Sequence record: NC_041916.1
Strand: one strand, 5' to 3'
Length of the DNA stretch: 64,000 bases
Shown piece by piece: positions 27,606 through 36,330 of this stretch (position 1 is its first letter; each line of letters starts with the position of its first letter). Below the pieces are notes generated by a model that saw only the letters and a list, made by a program, of their open reading frames with translations, was not told where the DNA came from and made no database searches. The position numbers and the translations under genes are program-made.

Positions 27606-27607
27606 GA

Positions 27608-27901
27608 TTACTTCCTTGTTAGGCGGTAGAGTTTAAGAAAGTCGGGATGGAACTGACTGCGCCACCCACAGCTTGGACAAACGAACTGTTCACCATCATA
27701 ACTCGTCCTAGGCAATTCATCACACTTCTTATAGTTACCACAATAAGGTGTGTAACGAGGTCGTGTGAGTATGTTGCATCGTACGGTAGTGCCCACTAGG
27801 GGATGACGATAAACGGCATCCTCTTCGTTAGGGCTGATGGTTTCTCCAGCTTTGACTTTCTTTAAGATTTTCTTAACGGTTTGATTGGATATCGGAGCCA
27901 T
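27608..27901 (-). CDS. small zinc-ribbon protein
   Basis: PYCGNYKKC and FVCPSCGW cysteine pairs. Confidence 0.75.
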   Translation of the reverse strand: MAPISNQTVKKILKKVKAGETISPNEEDAVYRHPLVGTTVRCNILTRPRYTPYCGNYKKCDELPRTSYDGEQFVCPSCGWRSQFHPDFLKLYRLTRK

Positions 27902-27910
27902 GTGGTGTCC

Positions 27911-28435
27911 TTATCGTTTTTTGTACTTCCACCACTGATGACCTTTCGATTCATACTTAGGTAGATTTTCGTTGTAAGTGTAATACCCTTCATCCACCTG
28001 TGTAGGATTAGCACGCGCAGCGTCCTGTGCCATGGTGTCACAGCGTTCGTTGTCAGGGTCGCCAGAGTGACCTTTCACCCAATGCCATTGTACGTTGTGA
28101 TAACGTGTCATGTCATAGAGTCTGCGCCACAGATCTTCATTCTTAACAGGACCACCATCCGCTCGTTTCCAACCCCGGCGTAACCAACCATGTACCCATT
28201 GTTCGATGCCTTGCTTTACATACTGCGAGTCAGTAGTGATGCTCACCTTACGAGGCTCTGTAAGCCCTTCTAAGGCTATGATGGGTGCGAGTAGTTCCAT
28301 GCGGTTATTGGTGGACCAAGCGTAGCCGTCAGACAGCTCTACGGTCACATCCCCATCACGGACTACGATTCCGTAACCCGAGGGTCCCGGTCCAGATTTC
28401 CCGATGCATGAACCATCGGTGTTTATTATCAGCAT
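27911..28435 (-). CDS. rnhA: ribonuclease HI
   Basis: TDGSC, TNNRMEL, TDSQY, WVKGHSG, NERCD. Confidence 0.97.
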   Translation of the reverse strand: MLIINTDGSCIGKSGPGPSGYGIVVRDGDVTVELSDGYAWSTNNRMELLAPIIALEGLTEPRKVSITTDSQYVKQGIEQWVHGWLRRGWKRADGGPVKNEDLWRRLYDMTRYHNVQWHWVKGHSGDPDNERCDTMAQDAARANPTQVDEGYYTYNENLPKYESKGHQWWKYKKR

Positions 28436-28459
28436 GATAATGTTTCCTTGTAGTTATGT

Positions 28460-29404
28460 TCATACATAGTACATCTCAGTTTTATTCAAATGAAGATTGT
28501 TCTTAACGGTTTCATTACGGAATTGCGTGAAGTTCTTATTGGTGTAAAACTGCACAATACGCAACACGATATAAACCGAATAACCTACTGCATCACTCAC
28601 GTCCTTTAACGAGGTGTGTTGACCTTCGATCGCTGAAGTGATGTCATCCATGATATTTGGATCGACTAAAGTGAACCCCTTGCCATCTTGGTTACGGATT
28701 TGTGGGTGCTTTTGATGTTTCTTAACCCAAGCCCCTAAAGTGATGCCGTAAAGTTCTTTATGTAACGTCTCTATAAACGCTCGGTTGAATCCAGTACGTT
28801 TAAGGAGTTCTTCCATCGTGCATTGTTCTTTAAGGAAAGAATTACGAACGTACTGCGCTTTGGTCATACGAATGTAAAGAACCAAAGTTTCTTCAGGGGA
28901 ATACTCACGCCACACGGTATCAATCATGGTCATTCCCATTTGGAACTCGTCAGCAATGTCGGTATGGATCTTTACCTTTCCATTTTTCTCATCAATGAAC
29001 GCCATCATTTCTTCGGCTAGGAACTGTCGATAGTTTTGATGACTGGATTCCAAAAACTTATCCAAACGTTTAATATTACCCAGATGGACGAGGTGGGTCA
29101 AAGGTAGACCGAACCATCTGCGTAATGCCGCAGTTGTACTATGCAAGCAACTAAACCCTATCGTCTTTGCAATCTCTTCGACTGTACCGTTACCTTCATT
29201 AAGAAGTTTTAGAACCACCTTTTTACGGTTTTCGTTGATGTACTCTTTACCGGTAAGATGAGTAAAGCTTTTAATCGCCTGAGCGAAGATTGATCGTCCT
29301 ATACCAAAGTGTTCACATAGTAAAGCGATTCTGCTAACTTCAGGATGAGCATCGATGTAAGTTTTGATTTCTTTTCCTAGCTCTTTAGCGTATGTCTTTT
29401 TCAC
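28460..29404 (-). CDS. tandem AraC/XylS-type HTH DNA-binding protein
   Basis: TVEEIAKTIGF..LRRWFG, TMEELLKRTGF..LYG, SLKDVSDAVGYS; about five HTH units; GTG start with GAGGA SD. Confidence 0.8.
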   Translation of the reverse strand: MKKTYAKELGKEIKTYIDAHPEVSRIALLCEHFGIGRSIFAQAIKSFTHLTGKEYINENRKKVVLKLLNEGNGTVEEIAKTIGFSCLHSTTAALRRWFGLPLTHLVHLGNIKRLDKFLESSHQNYRQFLAEEMMAFIDEKNGKVKIHTDIADEFQMGMTMIDTVWREYSPEETLVLYIRMTKAQYVRNSFLKEQCTMEELLKRTGFNRAFIETLHKELYGITLGAWVKKHQKHPQIRNQDGKGFTLVDPNIMDDITSAIEGQHTSLKDVSDAVGYSVYIVLRIVQFYTNKNFTQFRNETVKNNLHLNKTEMYYV

Positions 29405-29442
29405 AATAGTTTCCTCTTAAAGGTTAGATAAAATGTTGGTCT

Positions 29443-29462
29443 TACACTCTGATAATATAGAT
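29443..29462 (-). promoter_or_regulatory. phiKZ-type early promoter (variant)
   Basis: minus strand ATCTATATTATCAGAGTGTA. Confidence 0.65.
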
Positions 29463-29573
29463 TTGTATATTTTTATCTTTCCGTATATTATCTTAAATTA
29501 TCCTACGGATTTGAGCTTAGACCCCCTCCCCCAAAATAATAGACAAACCAGTAAAAAAATAATCAACGGTAAT

Positions 29574-29603
29574 AACCCTACCTCCCGTTAAGGAGGTAGG
29601 GTT
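29574..29603 (-). terminator. intrinsic terminator (CTACC family)
   Basis: AACCCTACCTCC/GGAGGTAGGGTT 12-bp stem. Confidence 0.8.
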
Positions 29604-29612
29604 AGTTTATTA

Positions 29613-30638
29613 TTATCCAAGGATACGGTTAGCGGCACGAGCCATAGTGATGATTTCATCACGACCAGAGATCGCGTCAGCGTAGTGACTCACTACCGAC
29701 AACGTAAACTCATCGAGGTCTTGGTTTTCGTATTCGGCCAACAACTCTTCTAGGATGGTGAACAACGTATCGTTGTTAAGCTGCTCAGGCTTCAGGAACA
29801 CCGCTTCTTTGAATGACTCTAACTTACCTAGCCAATAACCTACAACGCCATCTCTAGAGCCCGTTACGAGCGTAATACCGAATGGGTTATACCACTCCCC
29901 CATCAAGCTCATGCGACACATTGGGTGGAAGATCTCAATGTTCCCCGGTACACGCATCGAGAACTCTTTAAAGCTCTTGACATCACCGGACATATTGACG
30001 GTCAGTCCCTTAGCTTCCACTTCCACTGACTTCATATGAGTGTTGCGAATACGCGCAATACCATCTACAGTCAAGTAACACTCATGAATGGTGGAATTGG
30101 TCATGTGACACTGCTGATCAATTTTGATCTCTGACTCAGAGAGGTTAGATGAAATAACCGTACCGCCAGCACCAGTCTCCATGGTCACTTCTCGGAAAGT
30201 AGAATGTCTTACGTTATAGACGTCTACGTAAGACTCCATAAACGTAGCTCGAGAAACGATCTGGCAACATACCTCAGACGACCATGCGACCATGTAACCG
30301 TTTATGGTACGAACGTTCACCTTACTCGCCCCAACTAAAAACAAAGTCGCAGCCGGCGTACCCATACTCAACAACTCACCCACTTTCACGACATGGGCAT
30401 CGTTGGTAAAGATCAGTTGAAGTTCACGTCCATTTTCATCTTTAGCGGTAGCTTCGTACAAAGTGCACTTAGATAGTTCTTCACGAATTACAAATCCGGA
30501 AATATGATCCAATCGGTCTGTGGACAAAATGTCTTTGACTTTCTTGCCATCGAATGGTTTGCCAACCAGTTCTTGTACTTTACCTCCTAGAACAACAGTG
30601 AGATTGACTTCTTTAGGCAGTGCTTTTTCTTTAGCCAT
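29613..30638 (-). CDS. putative beta-helix repeat protein
   Basis: 341 aa; short periodic S/N/T-hydrophobic repeats (NSTIHECYL, RIRNTHM) preceded by a GFVIREEL motif. Confidence 0.7.
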   Translation of the reverse strand: MAKEKALPKEVNLTVVLGGKVQELVGKPFDGKKVKDILSTDRLDHISGFVIREELSKCTLYEATAKDENGRELQLIFTNDAHVVKVGELLSMGTPAATLFLVGASKVNVRTINGYMVAWSSEVCCQIVSRATFMESYVDVYNVRHSTFREVTMETGAGGTVISSNLSESEIKIDQQCHMTNSTIHECYLTVDGIARIRNTHMKSVEVEAKGLTVNMSGDVKSFKEFSMRVPGNIEIFHPMCRMSLMGEWYNPFGITLVTGSRDGVVGYWLGKLESFKEAVFLKPEQLNNDTLFTILEELLAEYENQDLDEFTLSVVSHYADAISGRDEIITMARAANRILG

Positions 30639-30644
30639 GTTTAC

Positions 30645-31145
30645 TTATTCCTTTACAGCAGTTACTTTAGATTTAGCGAGATGGATCATCGTGGTGTTAA
30701 TCAGCAGATTGCCTTCTGGTAAATCCGTTTGATTAAACAACAAAGAATCGCGCATGATGATTTTCTTACCTTGCAGCTCACAATTAAACAGACCGCCGTA
30801 ACCTTCAACTTTCAACGCACCCTCTACAGAGCTGTTAAACAACCATACCGAAGTAGGTTGAGTTAAATCGACGTGCAGGTCAACATTAATGTTATCGTCG
30901 AACTCGATGCTTAACAGACCGTCTGGTGACTCATAAGAGTAAACCGGATGATCTTCTTCACGAGTCTCAGCCCAATCATTGATACCTAAGCGAACGAAGG
31001 GATCGTTGTCACACATCGACATGGCACTCATAGCGATCACTGACGTGATGGTCTCTGAATCGTTACCAACGATGTTGACTTCGTAAGACTTTGTTTCACC
31101 GTTGATGGTGAGTTCTTTAATGGTGGTTGGGATTTCTGTTTCCAT
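30645..31145 (-). CDS. putative beta-helix repeat protein (short paralogue)
   Basis: LFNSSVEG, LFNCELQG, MRDSLLF repeats; start at 31145 has a GAGGT SD. Confidence 0.7.
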   Translation of the reverse strand: METEIPTTIKELTINGETKSYEVNIVGNDSETITSVIAMSAMSMCDNDPFVRLGINDWAETREEDHPVYSYESPDGLLSIEFDDNINVDLHVDLTQPTSVWLFNSSVEGALKVEGYGGLFNCELQGKKIIMRDSLLFNQTDLPEGNLLINTTMIHLAKSKVTAVKE

Positions 31146-31201
31146 AATAGTTACCTCACCCATTAGGAAGCCCGTGAGGACTCCCTAACAGATTTAGAGT
31201 T

Positions 31202-32458
31202 TTAAATGGTCGCCATTAAGCGTGATTGGTTAATCAACGACACACGACCGTGTAGAACGCCTACAGCTTCATCAATGATAGAGGCTTCGATGCTATTACG
31301 CATAGCACGGTTGTGCAGCCCATCTTCGTCGCGCTTTTTCGCTTTCTTAGGGAAAAGGATGGCGGTGACTTTCTCACGAATGCTCATACGAGACTCGTCT
31401 AGGTCGATGTAAGTGGTCGGGGTGATGTATTCTTCATTACTGCTTTGCGACTGTAGAAGAATTTGGATTTTGTTGTCCTTACGAACAGGGAAGAACAGAA
31501 TCTCAAAACGACCTAGACCTGCACCAGTCTTACCTTGTTCGAACGCACGATTGATTTCCAAATCGACGGAGTCATCATGAAAGTGGAAATCTTTCATTGG
31601 CATACGAGCCCAGTAGCCTTTCTCTGTATGTTTACCTAGAGAGAACGAGCGTGCTGAGATGTTCACGTTATCTAAACGACAACCAGAGATTGAAGAATAG
31701 TTAGAAGTGTTAAAATAACAACGTTCTAGTTCGGAATCACGAATCGAACCCTTAATGTTACCAGAACAAGCAAGTAGATCAGCGTTCTCAATGTGGTCGG
31801 CGTTTAGTCCACCGTGTTTAAGTAAGATGTTGGAGTTTTTAATGCTACGTGTTTTCATTCGATTACGGTCTAGCGTGGAACCAACAACCGAGCTAACCAG
31901 TGTTGTGGTTTCCAAATCCATATTGATCACGACGCTATGTGGACAAGATTGTGAGAAATCCGTGTCCAGATCCTTCGCCGCCACTCTAGAATTAAGAACG
32001 TAAAGCGTGGCTTTCTGACCGCTATCCTTTCTAGGGAATCCACACCATGGGGAGTCGCTGGCGTTCACTGATAAATCAACGATAGAAGATTCATCCATCC
32101 AGATTTGGTATTGATCGTTATCTACAACCTTGTAAAGTTTTTCATCACGTAGCTCAGTTTTCGATGAAAGGAACCCGTAACCACCCCTTGTATAGTTTTC
32201 AATTTCCTGCACAAGGTTAGATAAACGGTAGTTCTCCATTCTGAGAGTCCCCAAAGTCGTTGACTCTTGAGTCTTAGTATCTACACGATAAATCTTACCA
32301 TCCGGTAGGACGGCAATACCTGTGGTGTTGGCTAGCAAAAGGTCGCCGTTCGCACTAGATGTGTATTCTAAGGTAGTCTCGATCTCGTTGATTTGTTCAC
32401 CAGACACAGTTTCTTCTTTAACTTCAGGTGTTTTTACTTTAGTTGCTTTCTTAGACAT
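31202..32458 (-). CDS. putative beta-helix repeat protein
   Basis: 418 aa; GGYGFLSSKTEL..IWMDESSIV, then SIKNSNI, SIRDSELERC, SISGCRLDNV repeats. Confidence 0.75.
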   Translation of the reverse strand: MSKKATKVKTPEVKEETVSGEQINEIETTLEYTSSANGDLLLANTTGIAVLPDGKIYRVDTKTQESTTLGTLRMENYRLSNLVQEIENYTRGGYGFLSSKTELRDEKLYKVVDNDQYQIWMDESSIVDLSVNASDSPWCGFPRKDSGQKATLYVLNSRVAAKDLDTDFSQSCPHSVVINMDLETTTLVSSVVGSTLDRNRMKTRSIKNSNILLKHGGLNADHIENADLLACSGNIKGSIRDSELERCYFNTSNYSSISGCRLDNVNISARSFSLGKHTEKGYWARMPMKDFHFHDDSVDLEINRAFEQGKTGAGLGRFEILFFPVRKDNKIQILLQSQSSNEEYITPTTYIDLDESRMSIREKVTAILFPKKAKKRDEDGLHNRAMRNSIEASIIDEAVGVLHGRVSLINQSRLMATI

Positions 32459-32490
32459 GATTGCCTTTCCTTATTACGAGTGATGGTTGG

Positions 32491-32811
32491 TTAACGGTTA
32501 AATAGTGTGCCGGCTAATTCGTGGTCTTTATCAGAATAACGAATGTCACCGTCGGTTTTGTCTTTTAGCCAAACGACAAAATGAGAGTCACTAAGCTTAG
32601 ACACTTCACGGTTGGTATGTTCTGAGTTAGTGAGCACCTGTGTGTCATTCAAAATCGCGAGTTCCACGTCACTGATTGAATAAATAGTAACAGAACTGTA
32701 GTTGACCGAATGAACACGGTAGCCGGCCATGCCATTGGCTTTCAAGCGGCGTAGGATTTCTGTGCCGTCGAGTTCACCAACGTGAATGGTGACAAGATAA
32801 AGTTCTCGCAT
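32491..32811 (-). CDS. hypothetical protein
   Basis: 106-aa ORF. Confidence 0.7.
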   Translation of the reverse strand: MRELYLVTIHVGELDGTEILRRLKANGMAGYRVHSVNYSSVTIYSISDVELAILNDTQVLTNSEHTNREVSKLSDSHFVVWLKDKTDGDIRYSDKDHELAGTLFNR

Positions 32812-32843
32812 AGGAGGTCGTCCTTATAAAAATGAAAGCGCTG

Positions 32844-34808
32844 TTAACAGCGCTTGATAATGTCCACAACTTCACTCACGGTCAGTTCTGGGTGGATGGT
32901 AAGGTGAACCACTGGAACGTCAAGCGTTTTGGCGGTTTCCAGTTTGTGTTTAGTAGGGTGTTCACCAGCCACTACGGTTACGGTTTTAGAATTCACTTTA
33001 TCAGTGACTTCGAAGCCGTGGGTTAACAACTCATGAGCCAACGCTTTACGACGGAACGGGAACTTACCAGTTACACATACCGGACGTAAATCAGTTGGAA
33101 TCTCGATTGACGTAAAGGTGAGTTCTTTCATCAACGCTTCTAACGGTGCACGATGAACCTTAACGTAAGCCGCACAGTTCAACGCAATCCCCCAACCGAT
33201 ATCTTTGATGTCAGATAAACGTTTCGTGTCACACAGATCATCTAAGAGTGTCTCAGGGTCACTAAGCTCCGTTGCTAAAGCTTTCGCTGTCCCTTTACCT
33301 ACTCCATTAATTCCCAGTGCAGTGATGAAGCGAATCAAGTTGGTTTCACGACTGTCGTCGATCGCATCCAATAGCTTCTCTTCGGTCTTGGTTAACGGTT
33401 GCTGACCTAATACCGTACGAAGACGATACAAATCAACAAAGTTATTCAGATAACCTAAATCAGAAAAACGTTTGATGGAAGCAGGACCCAAGCCCATGAT
33501 GTTCATACCGAACTTACCACCGAAGTTCAACAAACGACCAAAGGTCTGTGCTGGACATCCTGAGTGGTTCGTACAACGTAAGAACACTTGATCTCCATCG
33601 GTCCCTTCGTAATGAAGCGGTTCTTCACAACTAGGACAGGACTTAGGTGATTTACACTGACGACCTTTACCTACGGTGGTCACCTCAAAGAACTGAGGAA
33701 TGATATCACCCGCCATACCGATGACGACTTCACTGCCAACACGTAACCCTTCACTTGAACGTTGGAATGCTCGGAAGTTATGTAGGGTCGCTCGACGAAC
33801 CGTAACACCTGCTATTTGTACCGGAGCAAACTCAGCCACTGGAGTGACGTTACCGGTACGACCTGTTTCCCACACCACATCTTCCAGTTTACTGGATTCC
33901 TTGAGTGTAGGGAATTTGTAAGCAATAGCCCAACGAGGATGATGGTTGGTTGCTCCCAATTTGTTACGAGCCTCTTGGGACTTGATCTTAGTCACAATCC
34001 CATCAATGGCGTACGGGATGTGAACTGGACGTTCCACCGTAATAGTGTCCACCGGGTAATCCGCCGCAGTACGGAATCCACAGTCACGCAGAGCCTGCAT
34101 AGTGGCGTCGTAATCATGCTCCATCACACGAGGGAAAGTGTGAGCAATAAATGTTAAGGAACCGTTAACCACATCCCCTAAAGATCGGTTACGGGTAATA
34201 CCGGAAGCTGCATGACGAGGGGTGATGTAAGGAGTCGGTACGACGTCATTAATACGATCGTACATGGACAACTCGATGACACCTTCACCGTCTATCATGA
34301 TCTCGGAATCTTCGTTAACGTAAGCGCCTGCTAACTCACTAGGAATGTTTTCATAGTAAGGTAACGCTTCGGTCACATCTTCCCCAATCAACCCCGTTCC
34401 ACGAGTTAAGATTTTATCCAGCTTACCACCAATGTAAACCAGACGTAACGCGATGCCATCAAACTTCCATTCATCAACTAAATCACCACGCGATTCCTCT
34501 GGGAGTTTCTCCGTCCAATCCGCGTGTTGGTCTGGTGAGAACACGTTCGCTAACGACAACATCGCCGGTTCGTGTTTCACCTTAGTGAACTTGGATTCTT
34601 CTTCATCGATAGGTACTGCTTGGTCACGATAAACATCCACGTCAGGTGTCAACAGTTCTGGATGGTCGTTGATGATTTGGTTGTACTCTTGCACCAACAA
34701 GTCGTAATCCGCATCGCTGATCTCTGACTTATCTTGACGATAATAAATCTGAGCGTGATAACGGATTTGCTTAGCGAGTGTTTCTAAACGAACTTTAAAC
34801 AGATTCAT
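32844..34808 (-). CDS. ligA: NAD-dependent DNA ligase
   Basis: KFDG adenylation motif, RGTG, HPRWAIAYKF, GRTG, RATLHN, Zn finger CPSC..C..C, C-terminal BRCT. Confidence 0.97.
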   Translation of the reverse strand: MNLFKVRLETLAKQIRYHAQIYYRQDKSEISDADYDLLVQEYNQIINDHPELLTPDVDVYRDQAVPIDEEESKFTKVKHEPAMLSLANVFSPDQHADWTEKLPEESRGDLVDEWKFDGIALRLVYIGGKLDKILTRGTGLIGEDVTEALPYYENIPSELAGAYVNEDSEIMIDGEGVIELSMYDRINDVVPTPYITPRHAASGITRNRSLGDVVNGSLTFIAHTFPRVMEHDYDATMQALRDCGFRTAADYPVDTITVERPVHIPYAIDGIVTKIKSQEARNKLGATNHHPRWAIAYKFPTLKESSKLEDVVWETGRTGNVTPVAEFAPVQIAGVTVRRATLHNFRAFQRSSEGLRVGSEVVIGMAGDIIPQFFEVTTVGKGRQCKSPKSCPSCEEPLHYEGTDGDQVFLRCTNHSGCPAQTFGRLLNFGGKFGMNIMGLGPASIKRFSDLGYLNNFVDLYRLRTVLGQQPLTKTEEKLLDAIDDSRETNLIRFITALGINGVGKGTAKALATELSDPETLLDDLCDTKRLSDIKDIGWGIALNCAAYVKVHRAPLEALMKELTFTSIEIPTDLRPVCVTGKFPFRRKALAHELLTHGFEVTDKVNSKTVTVVAGEHPTKHKLETAKTLDVPVVHLTIHPELTVSEVVDIIKRC

Positions 34809-35433
34809 TAAGCATCCCTAGTTTCTCATATAAGAAATCTTTAAATTCTGGAAATGAGGAGAAACGAGTAAAGTGAACGTAATTGTTCACCAAATGTTCT
34901 CCCACACATTGCAATACATTGCCATGGTAGTCTAACTCTTTTTGACGGTTGATACCGTGGTAAGGGTTATCGTCCACGATAATGAAACGGTCACCATAGA
35001 TACCTTGTAAATAAGTCAGCTTACAAGGATGTTCTTCCGAGTTCAGACAATGAATGTCTTCGAAGAGTTCCAAGTCGTGTTTAGACAACCAACGAATGGT
35101 TTTACTAAACCCAGTGTCTGACCAACCACGGTGGGTACAAATACTGAACGTGTGACCTAAGTCTTTAAGTTCTTTGATTAGTGCGCGGAACTCACCGACA
35201 TGGTTGCTCAACCACGATGCCATCGCACAATCTAGCATGAAACGTTCTGGTCTCAGAATCTGTTCGTAGATGTCGTTTTGTAAAGCAGGTGACGCTAACA
35301 CGTAGGCATGACCGTCACGATCGCACGATTCCATTTCTTTAGCGATTTCTGGTGACGTTGGGTTGAGATTAGTACGAATAAACGCGTGGGTCGCGGTTAA
35401 CGTGTCGTCCATGTCAAAAGTAATGTGGTACAT
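34795..35433 (-). CDS. HAD-superfamily hydrolase, 5'(3')-nucleotidase-like
   Basis: Motif I FDMDDTL, motif II CTHRG, motif III K, motif IV IVDDNP. Confidence 0.8.
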   Translation of the reverse strand: MYHITFDMDDTLTATHAFIRTNLNPTSPEIAKEMESCDRDGHAYVLASPALQNDIYEQILRPERFMLDCAMASWLSNHVGEFRALIKELKDLGHTFSICTHRGWSDTGFSKTIRWLSKHDLELFEDIHCLNSEEHPCKLTYLQGIYGDRFIIVDDNPYHGINRQKELDYHGNVLQCVGEHLVNNYVHFTRFSSFPEFKDFLYEKLGMLNESV

Positions 35434-35441
35434 AAAGGTTC

Positions 35442-35891
35442 CTAGTTAATGATTTTAAACGCACAGTATTGTTTGTGCCAGTTATAAAGATCAGAACGAA
35501 TCGAGCCGTTGATTAAGTTAGCTTGGTGGTCACGTAAACTGGTCATTAAGGACTTAAAGATTTCTTTAAACGATTCCCCGTGTTCTTCAGGGACGTCGGT
35601 CACCACTAACGTAGGTTTGGTGATGACAGATAACAATTCGTCAATGACCTCTTCAAATGGAGCCTCTGGGAGTTCTCCGGTCTTCACCCAACCCGTTTCA
35701 TAAGCTCGAATGAGTTTACCGTGATGAATACACTCTGAGTCTCTACCGTAAGTAAAGTCGACTTCCGAATGCACACAATCTAAGTCGATGTCGTAACCAA
35801 GTTTGTATATTAGGTCTAAATAACCCCTACTTTGTTTTTGTGACCCTCCTGTCTCTAATAAAGAGACAATAGAGTATTTCGATTCAGTCAT
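35442..35891 (-). CDS. degenerate DEDDh/DnaQ-like exonuclease-fold protein
   Basis: IVSLLETGG (compare VxxDxETTG), IHHG, EAPFEEVIDELLSVI..TLVVTD (compare AP.FEEV..EF..FI...LVxHN); ExoI Asp absent. Confidence 0.5.
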   Translation of the reverse strand: MTESKYSIVSLLETGGSQKQSRGYLDLIYKLGYDIDLDCVHSEVDFTYGRDSECIHHGKLIRAYETGWVKTGELPEAPFEEVIDELLSVITKPTLVVTDVPEEHGESFKEIFKSLMTSLRDHQANLINGSIRSDLYNWHKQYCAFKIIN

Positions 35892-35950
35892 CAGAATGTT
35901 TCCTAAATAAAAAGAGCGCAGGGTGACGCTAGCCACCCTACGAACCGTTT

Positions 35951-36238
35951 TTAATGTATGCCTGCCACGATGTTGTGAATGCTGGTTTCCGCACGACCAT
36001 CGTCAGCAAACCCTTGGGCGAATGTACTAACAATACGCTCGTTGTTCATTCCAAAGGTCACGTAACCAATACACATGTTGTTGATGAAAACAGACGCTTG
36101 CCATTGGTGATGGATTTTGGTGTACTCGACTTTAACCAACTCGTTTCCGTTAGGAGACAGTTGCAGAATACCGTTGGCGTCGTACACGCCTCGCATAAAT
36201 ACAGGCTCTCGGCTTGTTGGTAGAATGTAGTTGTTCAT
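35951..36238 (-). CDS. hypothetical early protein
   Basis: 95 aa, AAGGA SD, first gene after a promoter motif. Confidence 0.8.
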   Translation of the reverse strand: MNNYILPTSREPVFMRGVYDANGILQLSPNGNELVKVEYTKIHHQWQASVFINNMCIGYVTFGMNNERIVSTFAQGFADDGRAETSIHNIVAGIH

Positions 36239-36303
36239 AATGTGGTTCCTTAAACTTTTCTAGAGTGTCCATAGAACCGCACATGGAGTAACGATTCACT
36301 AAC

Positions 36304-36323
36304 AACACTCTAGTAATATAGGT
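36304..36323 (-). promoter_or_regulatory. phiKZ-type early promoter
   Basis: minus strand ACCTATATTACTAGAGTGTT. Confidence 0.72.
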
Positions 36324-36330
36324 TTGTATT

